From positions 62,853 through 82,852 of the forward strand of contig BLSG01000281.1 in NCBI GenBank assembly GCA_012862495.1: a stretch of 20,000 bases of DNA, written 5' to 3'. The translations under genes were made by a program, and so were the position numbers. The stretch's first letter is position 1. The number at the start of each line of letters is the position of its first letter. The notes under the pieces were generated by a model, which was given only the letters and a program-made list of their open reading frames with translations, had not been told where the DNA came from and searched no databases. Of this stretch, positions 10,472 to 20,000 are shown piece by piece. The DNA comes from Thraustochytrium aureum. Lineage: Eukaryota.

Positions 10472-10696
10472 GGGCCATCCGAAAACAGAGGGACATCCGA
10501 AAAACAACTGCGGGACATCGGAAAACAGAGGGCCACAGAACAACTGCGGGACATCCGAAAACAGAGGGACATCCGAAAACAGAGGGACATCCGAAAAACA
10601 ACTGCGGGACATCGGAAAACAGAGGGACATCCGAAAAACAGAGGGCCACAGAACAACTGCGGGACATCCGAAAACAGAGGGCCACAGAACAACTGC
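10472..10696. repeat. Modular minisatellite, 12 units of 18-22 bp
   Basis: Units: A gggacatc[c/g]gaaaacaga, B gggacatccgaaaaacaactgc, C gggccacagaacaactgc. Order is A' B A C A A B A A+1 C A C. Confidence 0.95.
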
Positions 10697-11371
10697 GGGC
10701 CAAAAGCCAATCATGAACGACCGCATCAGTGAGAAAAGAAAACAAACGCCCGTTGCTTCGGGCGCGCGGGAAGCCGGTCTGCGCTTTCTGCCGCCTCGAG
10801 GAAACGAGGAGACGGGCCCAGTTGAGTTCGAGTCGAGTGGTTTCTTTCTGGCCGGCTGATCGGCTGTTGGTGCACCTCAAGTGGAATACGGTGCTGGCCT
10901 CGCCTCCTGATGAAACACTGTGCTGCCCTGGGACGCGTTTTTTTCCCGTGCACTGCAACCGCTGCGAAGGTCACGGCCGAGGGAAAACTGATTCAGCGTC
11001 GATCAACGTCTTCAGTGAGAGCCAACGTTCGTTCCTGGGCGGCCGTGCACCTGCGAGTGGACGACGAGTAAGTGCTCCTCTGCCTGGGTAGAGTAGGTGG
11101 AAGAGCAGAGCACTCTCTAACGATCTGTCGAAGAGCGCCCGAGTACCACATAGGTACTAGTAGTAGTACTCCTTCTCTCCGCACCACTGGCAAGCACTCG
11201 ATACGCTTCGCGAGCGCGCTTGCGGTTGCTAGCCGAGCGCTCGAGCAGAAGGAAGGGACGCCACGCGGAGCGCGCGCGCCGGTCACAGCTCTGCGCGCTC
11301 GCTCGACCGCGGAGGGAGAGGCTACGAGCGGCATCTGCCGGCGTCGGCCACCCGCGTTTGCTTGCTTGCGA

Positions 11372-11451
11372 GCTCGAGGGCTTTGCACAACGCTCGCGGG
11401 CTTTGCACAACGCTCGAGGGCTTTGCACAACGCTCGAGGGCTTTGCACAAC
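11372..11451. repeat. 20-bp tandem repeat x4
   Basis: gctcgagggctttgcacaac x4 (one a>c change in copy 2), ending about 135 bp upstream of ATG 11586. Confidence 0.95.
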
Positions 11452-11585
11452 GCTTTGCAGCAAACGAGGAAGGCCGTAGGTGTTCCGCCGTTGGTGTTCC
11501 GCTCCTCGAGCCCGGCCTACGAGCTCTCTGGCCAAGTGTCGCCGACTCGCAAGCGTCATCCTGCTCCAGCGCGCGCGAAAGACCC

Positions 11586-14500
11586 ATGCGGTGCTATCAG
11601 TTGCGGAGACGCTGCCTGGCCACGGTCGTTTCAGTTGTGCTGACCAGCCTTTGCGCCGCGCAAGCGGCCGATAATGGGCTCGGCGGTGCTTACGAGGGCG
11701 AAGGCGGGCAAGGTGTTGGGTACGGAGTTGACGAGGGCGAAGGCGGACTGGAGGATGAGTTCGGACTAGACGACAACCTAAGCCAGCTCTTTCGCAACAA
11801 GAACCTCGTTTGCTACCCCGGGTCGCCGTGGGCAATTCAAAACGACCCCGAAATCTGTGGATTCACTCCGTTCAGCGGGAACGCCGGCTTGTGCAAGAAG
11901 CGCTATTCGCACAAATGGGCAACTCGCATTTGCCGAGAGCTTGGTGCAAGCGTCTGCTCCCGCGATCAAGTCCAGCGGAAGGAAGTGCAGGACTCCAGCT
12001 CATTCGGGTGTGGGCTTGACTCACATTTCATTTGGACCCAAACGATCTGCGGGTACACCAACAACGACGAGGGCCTCCTGCGCTGGATAGTGAAGGGCGA
12101 CGGGTCGAGACGCAAGTGCGTCCGCACCCGCGAGACCAAGGCCAACCTGCGCTGCTGCCTTAGCATGGGGGACCAGGCTCGCGCCAACTTGACATTCCAG
12201 GCCACAATCGACTCGTCCGTAAGTGATTCGGATGTCGTCCTCAAAATGCAAGAGGCCTTTGCTGCAAGTACCCCCAGCGGCACCGCAACCCCGGTCGTCG
12301 TTGACCGCAACGGGGACCTCGCAACTCTCCGATTCGTTATCGTAGGTGCCACAGCCAAGCTGGACCAGCTCTTCAGCGCGATCAAGACTGACGGCCCCTC
12401 CGGGTGGGACACGGATTCCCTCATTGGCGCCCCATGCGTGCCATCTCTCCTCAATGGTGAAACACCCCGCTGCACGACAATCACAGGGTGCACGAAACCG
12501 ATCGGAACCGAACCCAAGCCCTGCGAACGCGTGTTCCGCCTTTGCGAATGCGGTTCCAACATTGGGATAGGCGAACCGGTGTGCGTCGCAGATGACGTCC
12601 TCGGCGTTCCCATCTTTCAGACGCAAGAGCCCTCCAACTCGCTCAAAGTCGCTTTTGACGGTGGAAAATCTGCCGCGAGCACGATCGAAGTTGGCTTCAC
12701 GTTTGAGAGCCTCATCAAAGCCGCGTGCCCCGAAAGCAGCGAGTACTCGGCGGCGTGTTCGGCAGACAACAAATGTGAGCCAAGGTTGGCAACATTTTCT
12801 CTCCTTGACGATGGCCAGGCGGTTGTGCGAATGCCCGCCTTTGAAGCCCCGCAGGCCTTGAAAGCCATCCAGGCTTTCTTCTCAGAACCAGCGGGAATCA
12901 CGGCGGAGTTGGCGCTGGCCCCAGGAGACGAAGAGCGCGAGGAGCTCCCGCTGACAGTCAAGGGGAAGGTTGACCTGGCCTTGGACGGCTCAACCCTTCT
13001 GGCAGCCGGATCGTACACGATAGAGTCGTGTACCAAGGTGAAGCGCTCAAGATCGCGAGGCGTTGCTGCCGGCCCTCTCACGCAGCCAGGTGCAATCTCG
13101 GTCAGCCGCCCTTTTGACGCCTCCGCTGTTGCCGAGTCGCGAGTGCCTTCTTTCGCGATGACGGAGAGCCCTTCGTGCGAGCAGTTTCGCGTTTCCGCGG
13201 AGGTGGCTGTCATTGACGATGCAGCAAAGCCTGAAATTGAGACTCTTGCCCAAGGTGCGGCTACAGTTCAAGCAATGCCAGAAACGGGCCTCTCCGAAGG
13301 GCGAGGAACCTTTGATGTGACGGGGACGCACGATGCCGCTGGTGCTCGCCACGAAGGCAAGCTTGGATTCACCTCATACACCGATGGAGCGTCCACCCTT
13401 CAAGTCGCTGTTTCCGACGCGGCGGTTGGAGCTGGCACTGATGGGGTCGACACCGTGGCATGCGCAGCGACGTTCGCCTTGTTCTCGGGGTCGTCCGGCA
13501 GAGCGGCCAAGCGGCATCGAGATTCCGTCAGGTATGATGGCACTTATCTCACACGAGACGGATCCCTTGTCGCTGTCCTTGAGCCCGCCGTTGCGAACGG
13601 GTGCGCTATTCAGCTTCCCCAGGGCGCATTCGACGAGCTCAACGAGAAATCTGTTCAGGTGCAAATCAACTTGGATTTGGACGAAAACATCGACGTCTCG
13701 ACGCGGCGTCTGCTCCAACGCCGCCGCCGTCGTCTGCTCTCCAAACGCTTTGACTCGGCGGGGACGGCAAACAGCCGCCCAGGCTCCAACGGCGACCAGC
13801 GCAACCTAGGTTCCAAGGCGAAAAAATCGTCGTCCTCGTCGTCGCAATACAAGAGCAAGGGAACCGCCTCTCCGAGCTTTCGCCGACGCTTGGCGGGGGC
13901 CATGAGGGCCGTATCCGGGAGCCAGACCGTAGGCTCCAACACGAGCCAGGTTGCGCTTTCCTCTGGCGGGGGGTCCACCAAGCTGGACCTCCCACTTCTC
14001 ACGCAAACCGAAGAGGTCACCACAGTCCTCTCCGTCCAGGGGGTCGACGAAACCGCCGAGCCACAGGTTGTCACGGCAACCGCCGGCTACCTAGTCGCAG
14101 CTGTTCAGGACGGGAGCTCAAACGACGAAGACTACGAGGCAGACGGCGCCTTTTCGGTTGAGACCGACGACGATGGCGGGTACGTGCGCGCGTCACTCGG
14201 AATCCCAACTAGCGAGGTCGGTTTCCACGCACAAGACGCTATTCAGATAACCGCCAACATTTCTGTCGCCGTTGCGACGGGTGGCGGGGCGTCTGAGGGA
14301 CGACGGGGAGGTCGGCGCCTTGGCTTGGACCTCCGAAACCTGGTCAGCGACGCCAGCACAAAGACAACAACAGCTGGGACAAGCTACTCGACCGTCGACG
14401 CAAGCGCAGACACGTGGGAAATGGCGCCCGGCCGCGAACACCTCGTCGTGGTGTACGAGGACAACGGCGGCCCGCACTACGATGTCACGGTGGAGTCCCA

Positions 14501-17500
14501 GTTCCACGCCAACGCGACGGAAGTTGTTCTTGACGCCGTTTTTGACACCGACATCGATGACGGGCGCAGACTTTTGGACGACACTGCCACAGTTCGGCGG
14601 CGCATTCTTGGCAAATCCAAGGCCTCCAAATCAGCAAAGAGCAAGTCCAAGTTCAAGTCCAAAGGCACGCCGTCGCCAAACTTTCGCCGCCTAGGTGCAC
14701 TGGAAGCGGACGGATCGCGGGGATGGCGCGATCTCGCCGCCGATGAAGACGATGAAGACCCTAGCTTCGGATCTGTCACGCTATCCCAAACGCAGCTCAC
14801 TGAAACAACGGCGGACATCACTCTTAGCGCACGTGTGCCACTCGCAGCAGTGGACGACGAGGCCGTTGCAAACCGCCGCCTCGCGTCTCGCGGGCTTCAG
14901 GACCTGTCTACACGCGGTCTCGACATCGAAATCGACATCGAGTGCGAGCTTGACGTGTTCACGCCGGACCCCGAGGTCTCCGAGACGCGACGTCTGCTAA
15001 AGAGGCGACGGCGCTCCGGCGGCGGCGGCGGNNNNNNNNNNNNNNNNNNNNNNNNNNNNNNNNNNNNNNNNNNNNNNNNNNNNNNNNNNNNNNNNNNNNN
15101 NNNNNNNNNNNNNNNNNNNNNNNNNNNNNNNNNNNNNNNNNNNNNNNNNNNNNNNNNNNNNNNNNNNNNNNNNNNNNNNNNNNNCGGAGGTGGCGGTTCT
15201 TCAAGCAAGAATTCAAAGGCCAAGACAAAGAGCAAGTCAAAATCAAAATACCGAAGCAAGGGGGTCGGCTCGCCAAAGTTTCGGCTCCGGCGGAGGCGCT
15301 TGGACGGCGACCCTGCCGCGGGGAGCCACGTGAGCGTCACCGTCGAGGGCGACGACAGCAATGTGACCGTCCGGACGGGGCTCTTTGGTGGGTCGGAAGA
15401 CATTAACGTCCAGCTCGAGATTGGGTCGAGTTTCTCCGATGACCCCTTTGACGACGCGGTCGTCAGCCTGGATGGCTCGACCTCATACTCTGTGGAAGGC
15501 TCTTCGGCTTGCGACCCAGACCGCACAGACAATGAGGCCGACGGGTCGTACACCATCTCGGAGTCTGCCGGGGGCTTCCAGGCAAGCACGCGGATTCCCT
15601 CAAACGACCACCAGTGTGTTGACAATGGCGACCCTGAAGTGGCCGTCAGCATCAGCAATAACCTCAACCTCGTTAGTGTTGGGGGCTCGGACGCGATCTC
15701 GACTTTGCGAACAACAGCAAACTACACAACCACCGGGGCGGCCGTTGCCTCCGCCGCGGCGCGTCGCAGGCTTTCGGCTGTAGACGTCGATGCCGTTAAC
15801 GACGCCCCTGACGCGACGGCCTCGCTTGACACGAGCGAAGCCTTCGCAGTTGATATTGCTACTGGCGCAGAAGGAACTGGCGTCTTGATCGACGCTGCAG
15901 TGCAGCGGCGGGCGCCCTCGTGTGTTTCAGACGGAGGCTACGCGGCGCAGGCTACGCCGTGCGTGTTTTCAAATGCAGCTCCGCGGTGCATGCTCTTTTC
16001 CGAGGCGGTGCCATATCTAGGCGGCCCTGGCCCGAGGCCTCCCACGATCGACGGAACGATTTCAAGTGCGTGGTGCGCCACAGTGGCCGGCTACTCGTCA
16101 TCGAACAGGGGGAAGCGAGAGTCTTGGGGCTATTGCAATTGCGTCCCCATCGAGAAGCGGCTTGGGCGACGGCTCGAGGCTGGCTTTCGGGTCCTGGACG
16201 AGGAGCAGGCCCCCTTCACCCGCGTGATCGCTGTGGCGGCGTCTGCGGAGACCGCGACGAGCCGTCGCCGCCGTCTCGGCGCCCTGGGCGATGATGCGGG
16301 AGTGGAGACGAGGAGGCTTCTCACCGACACGGACTCTGACGCTGGAGGCAAAGTCACGTTGAGTGGCTCTCTGAGCGACGATTCGGTCGCGGTTCAAATT
16401 GTCGTTCCGGAGACGACAGGCGCAGCAGGCACTTTTGCGGACGAGCCTGTTGACGCCGTCGTACAGTTCCGGGTCTGCTCTGAAGACGCCACTACGGGCG
16501 AGTGCGACCCTGACACGGTCTCGGCCGTGTCAACGGTTTTCAGCACCGTTCTTAGCGGAGCCGTGGCGGAGCGTCGGCATGCCCGGATGCTTTACGGGAC
16601 TGGGGCCCGCAGCCTGGCTTCCTCCTCCGATGCTACTCTTGGGCGCGCACTGGGCACTGAGATCAACGTGGGCGGGGCGGGGCCAGACAAGCTCTCTTTC
16701 GAGGTGCCCCTCTCCGGAAACGGCGTGTCCTCTGCCCAGGGCAACGTGACCTCGGGGGGCAAGACAAATGGGGTCACTGCAGTGGTGTCGCAGAGCTCAA
16801 CTGTGAGAACTGGAACCGTTCGGATCAACAACAGCTTTAGCGGATTCGGGACCAACGTGAGCGTAGTCCTTGACGCAGAATCCGAGGGCAGTGCATCAAG
16901 GCGCGGAGGCGTAGGCGGGACATCAGGGACAGGCGCGGACGTGCAGATCCGCACCGAAACCGACCGCGAGGACGGCACCAGCGTCGTGGGGACGGCAAGC
17001 GTGAAAAAATCAAGCGCTTTTCCAGGCGACGATGAAGAGGAAATTGTCTTTGTAATACAAGATGATGGGACGTTCACCGTCGACCTGGAAATGAACGACG
17101 GCCAAGGCGAGCTTGAGGTTTTGATGGACGGGACCCGATCCGAACCTGGCCAACCTGACCAAGTATTCAAGTTTGCCGCTGTCCTGTCCGTTTCGGACGC
17201 TGTGGGGTCCACTCGGAGCAGTGAGGCCACGTTCGGGCTGGACGAGGACGGCACGGTTACCATCACTGTTCCTGTCGCAGCAGGCGCTGTGATTGACGTT
17301 TCATTTTCGACCGAAGACCCCAAAAACAACAGACAGTCAAGCCGGCTGAACACGATCGGCGAAGACAGCAGCGGTGAGCGGACGGACGTTTTGCTCGAGA
17401 TCACAAAGAGGCCTGGCGAAGCGCCAGCGTTTGTCAAGATCCGGCGCCCGACGCTGTCCCCTACCAAAACGCCAACCAAGTCGCCCAATACGCCCTATCC

Positions 17501-19944
17501 GACGCGCTCGCCGACCGTTTACGAGAAGCCTGCGGAAGACATTTGTGCCATGGACTGCACCAGGTGCAAGTCACGCTCGGCATGCGCGTTCTTCCACGAG
17601 CAGCAGGAAGACCCTCGCGACAGGTGCTTGTGGCGGCAAGGAGCCTGCAGGCGCGTTTTGGACGTGTGCCTGACGCTGGACTGCGAGGTCTGCGTCGCAC
17701 CGGCCGACTGCGCGGCTAGCGTCGCCGGACCGGAGGGATGCCGTGTGGTCTTAGTTGACCAAGAGCCGTACTCGCAAGACGACTACTACGATTCAACGGG
17801 GTTTAACCCAGAGCAGCCCTACACGTCAACATTCAAAAAGGAGCCCACCCCAGGGCACCCTTTCGGGTGAACTTTGACGAAGAGGAGACCAAGTGCGTTT
17901 TCTCAACGCGCAAGGGTGACGTCGACAAGCCGAAGACAACAGTGCCAAGCCTCTGCTCGGACCATGCGAATGCGCCACACGAAGAGTTTGGATGCATGAC
18001 GGTCACACCTCGCGACTGCACGAATGACATGGAAATTTGCTCGTTCGTGCCCACGCCTTCTCCAACAGATGGCTTCAATATACCAATGGGCATCGATACA
18101 CCGAAACCCGCAGACACTGCTGCAGTGGTTGGCGAAGGACTATCGACCGAGCAAATGGGGGAGATTCCAATCGTTCCAGGTTCCGGCAGCCTCTTCTGCA
18201 CCTCCCAGACGTGGTATCAGTGCCCCAAAAAGTGCGATTCCATATGTCGTGAGAACGCGCCATGCAGAGACGCTTCGCGGGATTTCTGCCAGAAAGCGGT
18301 CCCGCTTGGGTGCGACTCGGTTGCTTTCGACGGCGTCAAAACGGGATTGGTTTGTCCGGGTTCGTGCCCCGAGTACTGCGGCATGTGTGGAGATCGCGAC
18401 GCAAACTGCTACCCTTGGGTCTTCGCGAGGTTCTCCTGCCAGAACCCGCCCTGCGCTGGGTACGCACAGCCGCGTACGCTGTTCGGTTTCACCATCGAAG
18501 ATTATCTTTACGAGCCCTTGACCTGCGAGTCAGATGCGACTTTGCCGAACGGAATGACCTTGAGAGATGTCTGCCCGTACTCGTGCGACATGTTGAGCGG
18601 ACAGGAGTGCTCGAACGCGGTACGGCTAAAGCCAGAGGAGCGACTCTCCCGGCCCTGTTTGGCCCGCGACGGGCCAGGCAGTGGCGGCGCGGATGACAAC
18701 TTTGGTCGGTGCGTGTTTCCATTTACTGTGAACGGCAAGACGTTCGACAGCTGCGTCGCTTACTCGGTGCTGAATCCGTACAACCCTGACGTGTCCCTGT
18801 ACCCGAGGAGCGGCTTGGTGTGTCCAACTGTGGCGGGGTACTCGAGCAGGTCGGCCGCAGTGCGCCAGAGTTGGGGTTATTGCTCGTGCCAAGCAGGGTC
18901 GCAGTCCGACTTGAACCATGGACTTCCTCTTCCCCAGGTTTGCCCTCGCGAAAAGTTTTCGGCGCTGTTGTTCAACCAGGCCTACCCGGGCTCTGTGCTC
19001 ACCCCAAGCTGCCCAAGCACTGGGAACTGCACGTTTTCAATGGAGAACTGGTTCTCGTCTGGCACGGCGTTTGACAGCCAAGCCATGGTTCGCAGTTTGG
19101 TCACGTTCACGCCTTTCGAGAGAGAAGGCGCGTGCACGTATATCGTTTCTGTGAACAAGTACTGCGAGGGACAGTCAAGGTGCGAGCACGAGGAAGGGCA
19201 GCAGTCCGACTTGCTACCCCGCAAGATGTACGCTGCGTCGTTGACTTCCAAGCGCGTCTTGGCGATCCCCCCGAAGACTTTAGCGGCTGGGTTTCTCGAC
19301 GTTGACGTCGGCGGAGCGGGCCTGGCCAACCCCCCTGTTTGGAAGCTGACGAAGCCAGCCTCGCACTACCAGGCCGCCCCAGTTCAGGTCGTTGGGGGGC
19401 CCGGCACGACCGAGTGGTTGTCCGTCAAGTACGCTGGCGCCGACCTGGAAGCATTTAACGCCAACACGTACCTGACGTACCTTGCGATGCAGACCCAGGA
19501 GCCTGAAACCACAGGACCTTTGTTTGCGAGCGATTTTTCTGCTGTCCCTGTCAGCAGTTTGGAAATTGACGTCGTTGCATCAACGTGGATGCTTTACAAT
19601 CCAGGAGTCGTGGTACTCAAGCACATGCTCACTGGCCTGCCGCGTGTCCCAAGCTCGTTCTGCTCCGAGGCGGTCCTCGCAAGCGGGGACCTGTGCCAGT
19701 GCGCGAAGGTAGCTTGCAGCCTGTTTGGAACGATCACGGAGGTGGACTTTCGTGGCGTCAACCTTGGCGCGGTGTCGTCGAGCCCCATGCATTTCGCGCC
19801 GCTCGAGCTGCTGTCCTTTTTGGGCCTTGAGAAACTCGACCTTCGGAACACTGGGTTAGCTTGACGGCGTGCGTGCCGCTGCCTGGCTGCACGCTTGGGT
19901 CGACGACGTGCACTTTGCCGTCCGGCCTGTTGCCGTGTGCGTGA
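11586..19944 (+). CDS. Giant secreted modular protein (~2,780 aa): signal peptide, Cys-rich N-domain, acidic beta-rich modules, RxL-flanked Lys/Ser-rich cassettes, two FN2-like domains, PT stalk, ShK-like Cys region, C-terminal LRR-like end; two -1 frame breaks (~17807-17870, ~19853)
   Basis: ATG 11586 gives MRCYQLRRRCLATVVSVVLTSLCAAQA (signal-peptide-like). The ORF runs to 17870 across a 153-N gap. The overlapping -1 ORF to 19864 has no ATG-led signal peptide of its own and shares the TVAGYSS...SWGYCxC motif with the first part. After 19853 the -1 frame reads SLTACVPLPGCTLGSTTCTLPSGLLPCA* (stop at 19944). Joining the segments into one gene is inferred. Confidence 0.75.
15032..15184. other. 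Assembly gap (153 N) inside a GGN poly-Gly tract
   Basis: Flanked by ggcggcggcggcgg and cggaggtggcggt. Confidence 0.95.
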
Positions 19945-20000
19945 CATTCTGGCAGCGCTGGCGCTTTGTGGAAATCCGCTTGAGCAGTCGCGCTCGAGCA

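Noticed and set aside
10472..10696. CRISPR-like array
   Set aside because: No unique spacers, units directly abut, no cas genes, and the context is eukaryotic.
10371..10958. ORFs across the minisatellite (e.g. 195 aa, minus strand)
   Set aside because: All frames are open simply because the repeat lacks stops, and the 19- and 22-bp units shuffle the frames.
11220..11585. N-terminal extension of the 2216-aa ORF
   Set aside because: It begins at a non-ATG codon and crosses a 20-bp non-triplet repeat, while ATG 11586 is directly followed by a signal-peptide-like sequence.
1618..15184. All three N-gap lengths (123, 141, 153) are multiples of three
   Set aside because: Gap sizes are assembler estimates and three cases can be chance. 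Frame continuity across the gaps should not be treated as evidence.
13701..16650. Oomycete RxLR-dEER effector motifs
   Set aside because: The motifs are RRL/RxL without the terminal R or a dEER, and lie hundreds of residues from the signal peptide.

Overview
GC-rich eukaryotic (protist-like) draft scaffold with three N-gaps and five compact, apparently intron-free or intron-poor genes. (1) A WD40 protein resembling SNRNP40 (minus strand). (2) A head-to-head Strawberry notch (SBNO)-family SF2-like helicase carrying an extra PDZ-like domain and a PIP/SIM-like tail. (3) A divergent pentameric ligand-gated ion channel-like protein (minus). (4) A tetraspanin (minus). (5) A giant secreted modular protein of about 2,780 aa. 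The giant protein is the highlight. Its middle is punctuated by about 20 RxL/RRL(L) motifs that bracket three copies of a Lys/Ser-rich cationic peptide ending [YF][KR]SKGxxSPxFR, an organisation reminiscent of diatom silaffin precursors. It also has Cys-rich, fibronectin type II-like, ShK-like and LRR-like modules. Three of the genes are broken by five frame discontinuities, all in the -1 direction and all at or next to short G/C runs. These are most likely consensus errors, but one coincides with an in-register slippery heptamer. A stramenopile (e.g. labyrinthulomycete-like) origin is an inference from protein style only. All family calls are by motif recognition; no searches were run.
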